Shown here piece by piece: positions 25,907-36,352 of a DNA stretch of 64,000 bases. The stretch lies in the IMG/VR virus record IMGVR_UViG_3300012347_000246; one strand, written 5' to 3'. The translations under genes and the position numbers were made by a program. The notes beneath the pieces were generated by a model. That model did no database searches. It saw nothing but the letters and a program-made list of their open reading frames with translations, and was not told the origin of the DNA. Numbering within the stretch: the first letter of the stretch is position 1; every line of letters starts with the position of its first letter. The DNA comes from an uncultured virus (IMG/VR IMGVR_UViG_3300012347_000246). Lineage: Duplodnaviria > Heunggongvirae > Uroviricota > Caudoviricetes.

Positions 25907-27478
25907 TTAGCTGAAGCTAGCCAGGAACGGCATAGGTTGTACATAATCCTCTGCTTTGTCCTTCATAGTTTCGTCTAAGTTGCTATCATAGCTTTGTAGT
26001 GCTTGAATAATACGTACAGCCAACATCAAGCTCATAACCAAATCGTCTGTTTCGCCCATTTTAGCTTCAAAGCTGCTGCCCGCTGCTACAAAGGTCTTAA
26101 GCTCAGATATTAGGTTTTTACTTGCAATGGTTAGCTTTTTGGATTCAATTAACGCCTTAACTTTTGCACACACTGCTAGCTTGGTTTTGTTGGTTGTAGT
26201 AAACCCTTTGCGATACGAACGTCCTTTGCCCATTGTGCGTGGTTCACTAATAAACACACCCTTGATGTTTTCTTCGCCCATTTCGCTGATACTGATTAGT
26301 GCCGCTTCACCTAAGGTGTTGTTTTCAACACTGTAGTAAATTTCGGTTTCAGTTCCAATTTGGTCGTATATATGTTGTGTAATTTCTTTAAGAATAACAA
26401 TCTGCCGCTGGATTGGTGTTTTGTTATGCTGCCATTCGCCCACTTGCATTAAGCTAGGAACTTCAATAACTTGTATTGCAGCAGGGTCGCCACCTGTTCC
26501 CAAGCTAGGGTCTAGTGCAACTACGTAAGTGTTACCCTTGGTTGGACGTTTATACCAACGCACCTGCCCTTGGCGCTCAATTGGGTCAACGCCTGCCATT
26601 TCAATTAAGGTAGCAGCATTAATAAGAGTTTCGTCATAAATCAAGAACTCGCAACCGTGTTCACGACGGAAACGTTCTTCACCAATGCGTCCAATTTCAT
26701 CTGCTTTCCATGCTTCGTCCCGGTCCGGATGTTCCCACCAGTTAGCTTGGTAAGCACGGAAACCGTTTTGTCCAAGTGCTGTTTCGTTACCAAACTCATC
26801 AATGCACTTGTTGGCACCTTTCCAAATCAACGCAAATTGGTCTTCGTCACTGTTTGGTGTTGATGTAATAATCGCTTTACCACCAGTAGATAGTGTAGGC
26901 GAAATGGAAGTCCAGAATTCTGTAGCAATAGTAGGTCTAACGAATGCAAACTCGTCACAATATAGTAGCGAAATAGACATACCACGACCAGTTGTTTCAG
27001 TTGTGGTTTGCGAAACAATACGTGACCCGTTTTCAAATTCTAAGCTACCTTTGTTGTAGCTTGTACAACCTGCTCTAATATGATCGGGGCATAGTTCGTA
27101 TGCATAACGGATACGCTGCATAATTTCCTGGGCACCAGTGTACTTGTGTGCAGCAATAAGAATTGTGCTGTCCGGAACAAACATAGCGTACCAAAGTAAG
27201 TACCCTGCTGCACTTGTAGATTTACCCGTTTGACGTGGCATCAAGCTAATTGAGAAACGATAGTTGTGATACGAGTCAATTAGTTTCTTTTGGTAATCAA
27301 ACGGGTGATACAACATCTTACCTTTTGTGGGATGTTGAATGTAGAAGTAGTTGTCCATGAAATACTCTGGACCAGTAATTGGATCTGCACATCTTGCAAA
27401 CTCAATGATTTGCTTTTCGGTGTAGCTGTCTTTTTTATGCGGCGTCTTTACGATCGTCGTTTCTAATGGTTTACTCAT
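25907..27478 (-). CDS. Terminase large subunit (gp17-like)
   Basis: PRQTGKST, LLYCDEFAF, STPN, ALDPS, ENN, DDLVM. Confidence 0.95.
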   Translation of the reverse strand: MSKPLETTIVKTPHKKDSYTEKQIIEFARCADPITGPEYFMDNYFYIQHPTKGKMLYHPFDYQKKLIDSYHNYRFSISLMPRQTGKSTSAAGYLLWYAMFVPDSTILIAAHKYTGAQEIMQRIRYAYELCPDHIRAGCTSYNKGSLEFENGSRIVSQTTTETTGRGMSISLLYCDEFAFVRPTIATEFWTSISPTLSTGGKAIITSTPNSDEDQFALIWKGANKCIDEFGNETALGQNGFRAYQANWWEHPDRDEAWKADEIGRIGEERFRREHGCEFLIYDETLINAATLIEMAGVDPIERQGQVRWYKRPTKGNTYVVALDPSLGTGGDPAAIQVIEVPSLMQVGEWQHNKTPIQRQIVILKEITQHIYDQIGTETEIYYSVENNTLGEAALISISEMGEENIKGVFISEPRTMGKGRSYRKGFTTTNKTKLAVCAKVKALIESKKLTIASKNLISELKTFVAAGSSFEAKMGETDDLVMSLMLAVRIIQALQSYDSNLDETMKDKAEDYVQPMPFLASFS

Positions 27479-27517
27479 ACATGTATTTACATAATATGTG
27501 CCGTTTATGTTAATTTG

Positions 27518-27547
27518 ATTGACAAAAAAGGGCATTTCTGCTAAACT
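27518..27547 (+). promoter_or_regulatory. Sigma70 promoter for the HNH gene
   Basis: TTGACA...TAAACT. Confidence 0.55.
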
Positions 27548-27595
27548 GAACAGGTTAAATACATTGGGTCTTTAACTTTTCGAAATGAGAACAAT

Positions 27596-28129
27596 ATGGC
27601 AGATACATTACTACTTAATGCAGACCACCAACCAATTAGCATTCTACCGCTAAGTGTTATCGGGTGGCAGCATGCTTTAAAATTGTACTTCTTGGATCGT
27701 ATTACGGTTCTAGAATCCTACGAAGACCGCGTTATTCGCAGCGAACATATGAGTATCAATGTTCCAGCGGTTGCGGTTACGAAGGAATATTACAATTTTA
27801 AAAAGGGTGTGAAGTTCAGTCGCCATAACTTGTATTTGCGTGACCTATATCAGTGCCAATACTGCGGCGACACCTTTCACACTAGCGAACTAACTATTGA
27901 CCACGTAATTCCACGTGCAATGGGTGGCGGAACAAGCTGGGAAAACTGTGTAACAAGCTGCAAGGCATGTAACAGCAAAAAGGGCCATAAGTTGCAGAAA
28001 CCTCTGCGTATGCCTTTTATCCCAAGCTACCACAGCCTAATTAAAACCTGGAAGGATCGTCCATTCCACGTAGGCCACGAAAGCTGGTTGCGTTATTTGG
28101 GTGTTGACCGTAAAGTAGTCAACGGTTAA
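27596..28129 (+). CDS. HNH endonuclease
   Basis: LLLNAD; RDxxxCQYC; LTIDHVIP; CKACNSKK. Confidence 0.9.
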   Translation: MADTLLLNADHQPISILPLSVIGWQHALKLYFLDRITVLESYEDRVIRSEHMSINVPAVAVTKEYYNFKKGVKFSRHNLYLRDLYQCQYCGDTFHTSELTIDHVIPRAMGGGTSWENCVTSCKACNSKKGHKLQKPLRMPFIPSYHSLIKTWKDRPFHVGHESWLRYLGVDRKVVNG

Positions 28130-28509
28130 TTACTACTAGGTTTAGAGAAAAGCGTATTGCCAGTGGGTGCAGTTTTGCCCACTGGCTTTTCGCCTGTTAG
28201 GTACGGTCTAGAGAACCACAACTGGAACCATTCTGGGCTACCAGGCTTGATGTGATGTTCGTGCTCTAACTGTTTCTTTTCCATCGCTGTGTCGCTAATG
28301 TTGCTGCCCACAGGACTCATTTTTCCACTAGGATTGTGGTTGCCAGCATGTGCAGCTTTATCACGAGTTTCTGTGATTCCTGCCAATTCCTGCATACGTG
28401 CCAAGTCGTGCATACCAACTGCGGCAGGATCATGTAACACTGCATCAGGAATCAATGACTCTTCTGCAGATGGTACATAATCAGCTGACGTAATTCGGTA
28501 CTGTTTCAT
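28126..28509 (-). CDS. Hypothetical virion-associated protein
   Basis: ELAGITE; IKPGSPEWFQLWF. Confidence 0.7.
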   Translation of the reverse strand: MKQYRITSADYVPSAEESLIPDAVLHDPAAVGMHDLARMQELAGITETRDKAAHAGNHNPSGKMSPVGSNISDTAMEKKQLEHEHHIKPGSPEWFQLWFSRPYLTGEKPVGKTAPTGNTLFSKPSSN

Positions 28510-28889
28510 TAAACGCCGTACTTGTTTTTCTTTACTTTCGGTACAGCACTTAATTTATTAGTATCAGATAATTCCATACTGTTAAGGTTGCCACCGTTTA
28601 AGTCGTCCACGTTAGCCCCGGCAATTTTATATGCTTGAGCCAACATGTCTGCTTCTTCCTGTGTATATGGATGAGCAGTGTGTTTTTTTCCATAAAAGGA
28701 CTTTGGATCCATGTCCACTAATGGAGTTTTACCGTCGCAGCTAGCAAGAGCTAACCCTAGTCTATAATGCGTATAGTCAGTGTTGTTATGCTCTTTGTCG
28801 CTAAACGTATGAATGCCAGTGCTGGCTTCTTTATACCCTTTTGGTATTTTGCCAGCCCTGGCTTCAACGATAATTTCGTTTATTTTCAT
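28509..28889 (-). CDS. Hypothetical virion-associated protein
   Basis: MKINEIIVE N-terminus. Confidence 0.7.
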   Translation of the reverse strand: MKINEIIVEARAGKIPKGYKEASTGIHTFSDKEHNNTDYTHYRLGLALASCDGKTPLVDMDPKSFYGKKHTAHPYTQEEADMLAQAYKIAGANVDDLNGGNLNSMELSDTNKLSAVPKVKKNKYGV

Positions 28890-30451
28890 TTACGTAACTT
28901 CAAAGACTGGTAATCACGCATTAGTCGACGACCCATGTCGTCCATTGGATCCATACTTTCCAATGTTTGCAATGTAGGAGTTGCCATTGGGTTGTCACCG
29001 GGATACTCACGCTTGAACTGCTTCTTCTCGCGGTTCATGTCATCGCCTTGATGTGTAATAACATCTTGGCCTTGATAACATTCTTCAGGAGTGTTAGCAT
29101 ACTGCTCTTCAGCTTCGTCCATTTCAATTTCAATTGCTTCTGGCTCTGCGGTTGCTAAACGAGCGTGGGCATCACTGTCGCCCATGCCTGCCATTTTTAG
29201 CATAGACATTAATTGGTCTGCTGCATCGCCGTCTGCTGTGATAGTAACGTTCTTGTTGCCATCTGTGCTAGCGTTTGTGCTGATGTTAACACGGCCTTGC
29301 TTTTGTTCCATGCCCAATGCTTCTTGCCCAATGGACATTTCGCAGTTCTCAGTTAAGCCAGCTAAACGTGCCAACTCATTTAACTCAGCATCTTCGAAGG
29401 TGCTCTTGTTACGCAAATCAGCTAGCAATTCGTCATCGCTGCCGTGACCAATTGCTTTATTAATACCGCTAGCAACAGAACCAACTGCGTCCTTGGCACG
29501 ATCTAAAATAGATGGCTTGCCTTGTACACGGCTTGGTTCAAATGGTGCAGTAGGTTTAGATAGTGCCATTGCATCTTGTGGAGCAAAGCTAGGACCTTTT
29601 GGCACTGCTTCGCCCATTAAACGCTTGCCATGGTTATGAATCTTTAGGAACGCTTCTAGCTTGTCGCTGCAATGTCCTGTTTTCTTAAAGGAATCAATGT
29701 CAGCTTGGATTTCGCTTAACATTTCTGCAATGCCAGAATCAGTTTCCTTCATCATTTCAGCAAAGTTAATGCCTTCGGCGATTTTACGCTTACGGCTTTC
29801 TTCTACTTTACCAGCATTGTGTGCTTTCCATGCTGTAGCATAAGCAATGCCTTTTTCTTTGTCTGTTAGTTTGCCGTCATTGGCGTAGCCGGCTTTAATG
29901 GACTTAACCATTTTTTCAGCTTTCTTGCCAGGAGGGGCAACTTCATTCTTAACGTTGTCGTACTTGTTAGTTGGCTTGTCTAAACGTTTAACGTGTCCAG
30001 GCTTGTTAGCTGGATTGTAAACAGACTTAGCTTTCTTTTCAGTGCCCTTGATCGTTGGGTTCTCTTCACGCTCTTCATCTAGTCCAGCAGCTTTACGACG
30101 ACTACCAATAACTTCATCCTTTTCGGACTCAATCTCGCCGTCTTTGTCGTAGTCTTTGCTGGCTTTCTTAGAGGCTTCATCTAGTCCGGCTGCTTTACGA
30201 CGACTACCAATGACTTCATCTTTTTCAGTTTCAACTTTACCGTCTTTGTCGTAGTCTTTGTCGGCTTTCTTAGACTTTTCAAATTGCTCACGCAATTTTT
30301 GCTCGACGCCTTTTACGCCTTCAAGGATAGATCCTTTGGCCTCAACACTTTCATAAATTGATTGTGCTTCTGCTTTAACTTGTTGTTCTTGTGTAGGTTC
30401 TAATTTTTTAAAAATGTTTAGAACGTTGTACATTCCGTTACTGTTGCTCAT
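28886..30451 (-). CDS. Hypothetical charged protein with tandem 34-aa repeats
   Basis: Two KDYDKDG..EKDEVIGSRRKAAGLDE repeats. Confidence 0.75.
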   Translation of the reverse strand: MSNSNGMYNVLNIFKKLEPTQEQQVKAEAQSIYESVEAKGSILEGVKGVEQKLREQFEKSKKADKDYDKDGKVETEKDEVIGSRRKAAGLDEASKKASKDYDKDGEIESEKDEVIGSRRKAAGLDEEREENPTIKGTEKKAKSVYNPANKPGHVKRLDKPTNKYDNVKNEVAPPGKKAEKMVKSIKAGYANDGKLTDKEKGIAYATAWKAHNAGKVEESRKRKIAEGINFAEMMKETDSGIAEMLSEIQADIDSFKKTGHCSDKLEAFLKIHNHGKRLMGEAVPKGPSFAPQDAMALSKPTAPFEPSRVQGKPSILDRAKDAVGSVASGINKAIGHGSDDELLADLRNKSTFEDAELNELARLAGLTENCEMSIGQEALGMEQKQGRVNISTNASTDGNKNVTITADGDAADQLMSMLKMAGMGDSDAHARLATAEPEAIEIEMDEAEEQYANTPEECYQGQDVITHQGDDMNREKKQFKREYPGDNPMATPTLQTLESMDPMDDMGRRLMRDYQSLKLRK

Positions 30452-31041
30452 CGTACTGATCCTTTTGGTGGTGTCGGTAATTTAACTTGTTTGCTGCCAA
30501 CAGGACTATCAGTACCTGCAGGTGATGCGTCCATTGTTTTGCCATCTGCTTCGCTCTTAGCTGCAAACTCGTATGAACGTGAAGATAGCTCTTTTAGCAT
30601 ACTATCGCGGCGTGCCTGACCAACTAGCTCTTGGCCGCCAGCATCTGCTTTTAGTTCAGGTTGATCTAGTAATGCACCTTCGTGATCTTTGCCGTGAGCT
30701 TCAAACTCTTCATTAAAGTCGCGTTGGTTCTTGGGCCAAACGCACACGCACTCAGGGTTAATGCCAGCACGTTCTTTAATAAGTTGGCGTAATTGTTCTG
30801 GAGTGGTTGGGTACTTAATTGTTACCTCAAAAATCCAGCACTCGCATGCACCCATTTTAGGAAACTCTCTATGTTCCTGAATAGGCATGCTCTTAGGGCT
30901 GGATACGCTCTCCAATTCGTGAGCATTTAAAGCGTTTTTGATACGCTCCATAACGTCACCTTGTGGGTTAGTGCCTGCAATCTTAACCGTGTAGTCATAC
31001 GACTTATTAAGATCAAACACATACTGTTGGTATGATTTCAT
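30448..31041 (-). CDS. Hypothetical protein
   Basis: Operonic ORF, AGAGGA RBS. Confidence 0.75.
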   Translation of the reverse strand: MKSYQQYVFDLNKSYDYTVKIAGTNPQGDVMERIKNALNAHELESVSSPKSMPIQEHREFPKMGACECWIFEVTIKYPTTPEQLRQLIKERAGINPECVCVWPKNQRDFNEEFEAHGKDHEGALLDQPELKADAGGQELVGQARRDSMLKELSSRSYEFAAKSEADGKTMDASPAGTDSPVGSKQVKLPTPPKGSVR

Positions 31042-31063
31042 TGCGAATTCCTCTATTGTATAT

Positions 31064-31558
31064 TTATTGTTTCTTAGACTTTTCCAGGATAGACGCTAGT
31101 AAAGCATTACGATCTAGTAACATTCCCTTACCATCTTCTGGTTCTTCCTCAACTTTGCCAGAATCCTTTTGAACTTGGTGATCAAATTTGGCTTTTTGTA
31201 ACTGTAACTGTATTTGCTTCAGCTTCTTATCCATTTTAGCTGTTTTAGCTGTGATGCTATGCCCTAGTAGCTGGCTTGCAGTTTGAAAAATAACCCCACC
31301 AAAGCGTGGGTCTACATTCATGCCTAAGTCTAGTAGGTCTTCTGCTTTGTCCTTTGCTAGCTTTGCTAACTCGTCAAGGTCTGCATCAATGGAATCCAAG
31401 TCTGTGATTCCCGGCAGTGCGGCATCAATTTTATCAATGGCTTCATCGACTTGTGTAATAATGTCGCGATTTTCTTCAATTACTTGTTTAACTTCGGCGC
31501 TAGTTGCACCTTCGCCAACTTCTGGTAAATTGAATAAGGATTCTAATTTTTTAGTCAT
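31064..31558 (-). CDS. Possible terminase small subunit (gp16-like)
   Basis: Helical; LLDLGMNVDPRF pattern reminiscent of gp16. Confidence 0.45.
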   Translation of the reverse strand: MTKKLESLFNLPEVGEGATSAEVKQVIEENRDIITQVDEAIDKIDAALPGITDLDSIDADLDELAKLAKDKAEDLLDLGMNVDPRFGGVIFQTASQLLGHSITAKTAKMDKKLKQIQLQLQKAKFDHQVQKDSGKVEEEPEDGKGMLLDRNALLASILEKSKKQ

Positions 31559-31565
31559 AATGTAT

Positions 31566-32267
31566 TTAACCAATATTTTCAGAGTGTATTTCGTCTTTAA
31601 ACCATTTATGTATATTGGCGAAAACTTCTGCTTCTTGCCCGGTGTAAAAATGTGGGCCTGGCTCGGTTCCTGGATTTCCTAAATGCGGAAATCCGTTTCT
31701 AACTGTAATACTTGGTAGTGCTTGCATATGTTGCTCGGCTGCATTGTACGGGCACTGCTCAGTTTGATCATTTACATGATGCAATATTAATGTCGGAGTA
31801 GAAATTTTATCCGATTCAAAGTGTTGAACATATGCATCTTTATACATAATATCAGTTTCTTTAGTTGGCACCCAGGTTCCGTTGCTGATTACAATTTTTT
31901 GTATCACTGGGTCCTCACGCATTGCCAGGTAAGCAGCTTCCAATGCGCCGAAACTATGCCCAAAACACATAATCGGGATACCGGGATATTGAGTTGCTAG
32001 ATAATCTATTGCTTTAGATAACATTAACTGTCGGTCTTTGCTTAGACGGAATTTAGCAGGCATCCCAGTTGTTTCAAAGTTTTTAGTTAACTCAAACACT
32101 GCCACTGATACATTCATTTTTAAGCACCAGGGTATTAGATAAAACGGAAGAGAGTATCTCTTAACTCCGCCCGGGATAAACAATAGTATGTATTCAGGGC
32201 GATCCACGGTATGCAACGTTAAATCTGTTTCGTAGTTCCCAGATAACAGGGGTATTCTTTTAAGCAT
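31566..32267 (-). CDS. Alpha/beta hydrolase
   Basis: GHSFG nucleophile motif; PTLILHH.ND; C-terminal His. Confidence 0.8.
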   Translation of the reverse strand: MLKRIPLLSGNYETDLTLHTVDRPEYILLFIPGGVKRYSLPFYLIPWCLKMNVSVAVFELTKNFETTGMPAKFRLSKDRQLMLSKAIDYLATQYPGIPIMCFGHSFGALEAAYLAMREDPVIQKIVISNGTWVPTKETDIMYKDAYVQHFESDKISTPTLILHHVNDQTEQCPYNAAEQHMQALPSITVRNGFPHLGNPGTEPGPHFYTGQEAEVFANIHKWFKDEIHSENIG

Positions 32268-32280
32268 CACATATTTAAAG

Positions 32281-32306
32281 AAAAAAGGCACCTAGGTGCC
32301 TTTTTT
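32281..32306. terminator. Bidirectional intrinsic terminator
   Basis: aaaaaaggcac-ctag-gtgcctttttt. Confidence 0.75.
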
Positions 32307-32320
32307 GGGGTAGTTAACGT

Positions 32321-33268
32321 TTATTGTTTTTTGATGCTATCTACTAAACCAGCAGTAAAGTAGTCTTGGTACTTGGCATAAACACCCTGTGTTGCTTCAG
32401 CAAAGCGAGCTTGTTCAGCTTCGCTCATTTTAACAACTTCAATGCCGTCTGCTGCTGCACGGTCTTGGACCAATGCGATGTCAGCAATGCTCAACTCACG
32501 TTCGTGGCGTGCTGCAACTAATGCTGCGTCAGCAACTACTTGTTGCAAGTCTGCATCTAGTGTAGCCCAGAAGTCGCTACCAACTAAGATGCTTGTCAAG
32601 AACAAGCTGTGCTCAGTGTGGTTGATAACTTTAGACACTTTATCTTGACCTAGTGCATAAACACGTGGGTAAGTGCTTTCGCCGATTGTGACATCAGCTT
32701 GCTCTAAACCAGTAGTTAGTTCTTCAAGTTCCATAGGAACTACGTCTGCACCAACTGCTTTGAATGTATCAATAGCAACTGGGCTGTGACTTGTGCGAAC
32801 TCGCATACCACGTAGATCTTCGATCTTAGCAACTGCTTCGTTACCAGGGATGATACGGAAACCACCTGAGTACGTGAAAGCTAGTCCTTTGATCTTCTTG
32901 CTTTCTTGTAGGCTGTCTAGTAGTTGCTTACCAATTGCGCCTTCAAATACACGACCAGCGTGTGCGTGGTCTTTGAACAAGAATGGTAGGTCTAGTGCGA
33001 AGAAGTCCTTATTAACATTACCCAATGTGATTGTGTAAGTTTGACTCATTTCGATACGGCCGCTGTCTAGTAAGTCTACTAGTTCGTGTTTGGTAACTAG
33101 AACGCCGTCGTTATACTTTTCTGAGTATTCACTCATAGTCATAACTTCAATGTCTAACTTACCCGGTGCCTTAGCTTCTACCTCTGCGGCAAATACCTTA
33201 GCCGCACGGATGAATAATTCGATAGGTTCGTGTGCAAGAACCCAGCGTACTTTAATTGCTTGTGTCAT
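32321..33268 (-). CDS. TRAP transporter substrate-binding protein (DctP family)
   Basis: LDLPFLF, GFR, DLRGMRVR, PM...EL; no obvious signal peptide. Confidence 0.9.
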   Translation of the reverse strand: MTQAIKVRWVLAHEPIELFIRAAKVFAAEVEAKAPGKLDIEVMTMSEYSEKYNDGVLVTKHELVDLLDSGRIEMSQTYTITLGNVNKDFFALDLPFLFKDHAHAGRVFEGAIGKQLLDSLQESKKIKGLAFTYSGGFRIIPGNEAVAKIEDLRGMRVRTSHSPVAIDTFKAVGADVVPMELEELTTGLEQADVTIGESTYPRVYALGQDKVSKVINHTEHSLFLTSILVGSDFWATLDADLQQVVADAALVAARHERELSIADIALVQDRAAADGIEVVKMSEAEQARFAEATQGVYAKYQDYFTAGLVDSIKKQ

Positions 33269-33343
33269 TTCATTTTCCTTTGTTTAAATTTAGCCACTTG
33301 AGTTTGCAGTGAGTTTAGATTGCTGTGGCCGGAGTGTGTAGTA

Positions 33344-34225
33344 TTATTTAGCTATTTTATGATCAAACTTAGTTTGCATTTTTTTAACTTGTGACACAGA
33401 TTGGTGATAGAACTGCTCCGCTGTTACACCATCAAATATCGGCGGGTGCATTGCTGACAATCTATATATTTCATGCAACCCAACTTGAATAGTTGCATCA
33501 TTTAAAATTTTCGAGATTGCAATACGTCGAGCCAATGGCATATCTTTATGTGCAATTGTGATATTAAAAATGTAAGGTGCATCAATGCCCATCTCTTTTA
33601 ATGTTTTAACCTGAGGAGCTTGGGGTAAACGGACCGGGCAACTTGCTGCAACCATTCTCAATTTATTGTTTTTAGTATGCAACGACTCGTAGGATTCGTA
33701 CTTGTCAATCACAAATTCAACACCATTATTGCCGGCCATATTTACTAATCCATCAAAATTTGATTTAAAAATAATGTATCTAACATCAAAATTAAACTTT
33801 TCCCCCAATGCAAGTGCTGTCAGATGTGTTGCATTACCTAACCCAACTCCACCAACAACAAATTCAGATTGTTGAGCAAGGGGTTTGTTTGTTATCACTG
33901 CCCAGCATGCATTTCCGAATGCATGGACTGGGATATAGTCCCTCTCGTCTAGCTTGCCAGACAATACATTCTCAACATATGCTGGTGCAATAATTGCAAG
34001 ACTATTTGCATCTAATGCCTTAACTGCAATAATCTGGTTACCCCCTGGCTTAAATTCCGGAACAAATTTATAAATGTTTTGATTTTCGTTTGCTGCCTCT
34101 AATACCCGAAACAATGCAGGTGTGCCCGAATGCCCGGGACTGTATGGTGAGTAAATTTTAATAGTCTCAGCGGCTTGAGCCGAAACTGCTATTAGTGCTG
34201 TTAAGATGTAAAATATATATTTCAT
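33344..34225 (-). CDS. Bug/TctC-like substrate-binding protein
   Basis: Signal peptide; PYSPG, KPGGNQ, GNATHL, RLP..P.VKTLKE.G. Confidence 0.8.
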   Translation of the reverse strand: MKYIFYILTALIAVSAQAAETIKIYSPYSPGHSGTPALFRVLEAANENQNIYKFVPEFKPGGNQIIAVKALDANSLAIIAPAYVENVLSGKLDERDYIPVHAFGNACWAVITNKPLAQQSEFVVGGVGLGNATHLTALALGEKFNFDVRYIIFKSNFDGLVNMAGNNGVEFVIDKYESYESLHTKNNKLRMVAASCPVRLPQAPQVKTLKEMGIDAPYIFNITIAHKDMPLARRIAISKILNDATIQVGLHEIYRLSAMHPPIFDGVTAEQFYHQSVSQVKKMQTKFDHKIAK

Positions 34226-34229
34226 AATA

Positions 34230-35465
34230 TTAAGTTAGAACAATACTTTCTCGCATATCACCTATGCAATATGCATTACTGACACAAATTTTATATTCCC
34301 AGGACATTCCTGAAATTTCATTGTGTACTCCTGATAGTCCGGTTGCATTTAAGGTTAAAAATTTGTAGTCAATATTTTTGTAAAGATGCAGCATCCCTCG
34401 CATGAATGTCTTGTATCCTTTGCTGTCCTTAAAATTGTTAATCCAGTAGTCCCATTCTTGATAAACCGATCTAATCGGTTTGTCACATTGAAATGTTGAT
34501 AAATCATAATCTGGGTAAATGATTCCTTTAATTAACGATTCATACGCAGTACGGTTACTTGTTCTTCGTAACCAAAATCTATCAAACATAAACCAGAATC
34601 GACGATTTTGAGGGACCTCAAGCCATCTCTTTATTAAATGACATTGTTTTGCAAGTAATTGCATTGAGTTTGGGTGCCAGTAAAATAGTTCAACCTCGGT
34701 GTTTGTGTAACCATTATTTACTGCGGCCGGTGTAGCGGAGTGAGTAGCCCTATCTACAAACATTAAATGCAATTTGTTATCTTCGATGTACACCCGAGGT
34801 TTATCAATACCAAACAAAATGCCAATCCGCTTACCCTTGTCGAATACATTTAAACTGTCTTTTTGGCTTGCATGAGTGTATCTTACTACACACCCAGGAG
34901 TAACATAATCGCCGCACCAATGTATAAAGTTCTCGTCCCATGTTAGATTTTCATCAATGATGTCCGCACTGAAATCGTGTACAGTTATTTTTGTATTTGG
35001 GCTAGCCGTCTTTAACCATTTTAGCAAAGGTAGTGCTGCAAATTCAAACTCGCTAAATTCATTACTGGCACTGTAATTTAAATCGTTTGTACCAAAGTTA
35101 CTGGTACCAGTGGTAGCATGTCTGACAAAAACTTCATCAACGTGTAGCCCTTGATTAATAAAAGCATACAACATTGTTGTGGAATCAGCTCCGCCGCTAC
35201 AATTTAAAATAAGGTAATCGTACTTCTCTCTTAGCTCACGGGCCCGAGCATTATAATATTCTCTTATATCGCCAGGGGGCTCATCAGTCCAATTAAAATT
35301 ACCGAACTCAGTATCATTGAAATTCCAGTGTAAGTCATCATGAGATAGCCCCATCTTGGATCCACTAAGCAATGCACTTGCTTTGTCCCAGTATATTTTA
35401 TTGCCGATTTCGTAAAAGCCGAGAGTTGGATCTCGTGCCAGAGTTGTGTGATCAATTTTTATCAT
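34230..35465 (-). CDS. PP-loop protein, paralog 4
   Basis: RARELREKYDYLILNCSGGADS; GIDKP; ELFYW. Confidence 0.8.
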   Translation of the reverse strand: MIKIDHTTLARDPTLGFYEIGNKIYWDKASALLSGSKMGLSHDDLHWNFNDTEFGNFNWTDEPPGDIREYYNARARELREKYDYLILNCSGGADSTTMLYAFINQGLHVDEVFVRHATTGTSNFGTNDLNYSASNEFSEFEFAALPLLKWLKTASPNTKITVHDFSADIIDENLTWDENFIHWCGDYVTPGCVVRYTHASQKDSLNVFDKGKRIGILFGIDKPRVYIEDNKLHLMFVDRATHSATPAAVNNGYTNTEVELFYWHPNSMQLLAKQCHLIKRWLEVPQNRRFWFMFDRFWLRRTSNRTAYESLIKGIIYPDYDLSTFQCDKPIRSVYQEWDYWINNFKDSKGYKTFMRGMLHLYKNIDYKFLTLNATGLSGVHNEISGMSWEYKICVSNAYCIGDMRESIVLT

Positions 35466-35540
35466 TTAATGATGAGGTGAATGTAGGTGAGATAGCGAGA
35501 GCAGTAAGGTTGCCTTACTTGTGGTAAAGTATTTACTGAT

Positions 35541-35972
35541 TTATTTTCCTTGATGGAAAATTTCTTGTTCAGTAACTACCCTAAAAACAAGCCCTTGGTT
35601 TTTACACCATGCTCGAGCGGCCTCCCACTTGGCCATATTTACAATAGCTGCGGCTTGTGCTTTAGTACTCCGGCCAGCAGCTTCAAGGGTTGTTTCCTTA
35701 GTGGGTTTTACTTCAATGACTTCTGCATGCTTTTGTCCTGTCTTATCTGTATAGATAATCAAAAAGTCAGGAACATAAATTGTGTTTCTGTTAGTCAATG
35801 GGTTTCTATAATTGATATGTATAGCTTCGCTGGCCCATTGTAGAATTGCAGGATTGTTGTCACAAAACTGCATGAATACAAATTCCCACCCGGAGCGGTA
35901 AGTCGGCGTTTTATTGCCCACATACTTTTCAGGGTTCTTCATTTGGAACTTGCCATTTGCATACTTACTCAT
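35541..35972 (-). CDS. Head completion nuclease (gp4-like)
   Basis: NPEKY.G, YRSGWE, WASE, YVPDF, IEVKP, KWEAA. Confidence 0.9.
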   Translation of the reverse strand: MSKYANGKFQMKNPEKYVGNKTPTYRSGWEFVFMQFCDNNPAILQWASEAIHINYRNPLTNRNTIYVPDFLIIYTDKTGQKHAEVIEVKPTKETTLEAAGRSTKAQAAAIVNMAKWEAARAWCKNQGLVFRVVTEQEIFHQGK

Positions 35973-36352
35973 GGTAAAATTGATCGGTTAATATATTTAT
36001 TTGTAATTGGCTGATTAGTAATACCTAGATAACTAGTGCCTTTTCTTTGCATGTTTAGGAACATAACTAGGTAGGCATTAAGCTCGCCTTTTGGCAGCTT
36101 AGTAAACTCTTGCAAAGTTTGCATAGGGTTAACGCCTTGGCTTTTGCTTGTGTAGATAACCGCACTGGCCAATGCCTTGGCTGCTTCTGAGTTAAATGAT
36201 ACTGATTCAAAGTACGACAAGATTGCTGCATCAACATTTGAGCTTACCACAAACGTTGGATCAAAATAGTTGTTAAAATATCTATTAGGATCAGTGTTAT
36301 CGTTAACTGATTGATCCACTGCCCCTAAGTTTGTCATTGTTCCGTTTGCCAT
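35969..36352 (-). CDS. Hypothetical structural-region protein
   Basis: Operonic ORF. Confidence 0.7.
   Translation of the reverse strand: MANGTMTNLGAVDQSVNDNTDPNRYFNNYFDPTFVVSSNVDAAILSYFESVSFNSEAAKALASAVIYTSKSQGVNPMQTLQEFTKLPKGELNAYLVMFLNMQRKGTSYLGITNQPITNKYINRSILP

Noticed and set aside
22082..27478. Inteins or introns in uvsX or terminase
   Set aside because: Both are normal length with continuous motifs.
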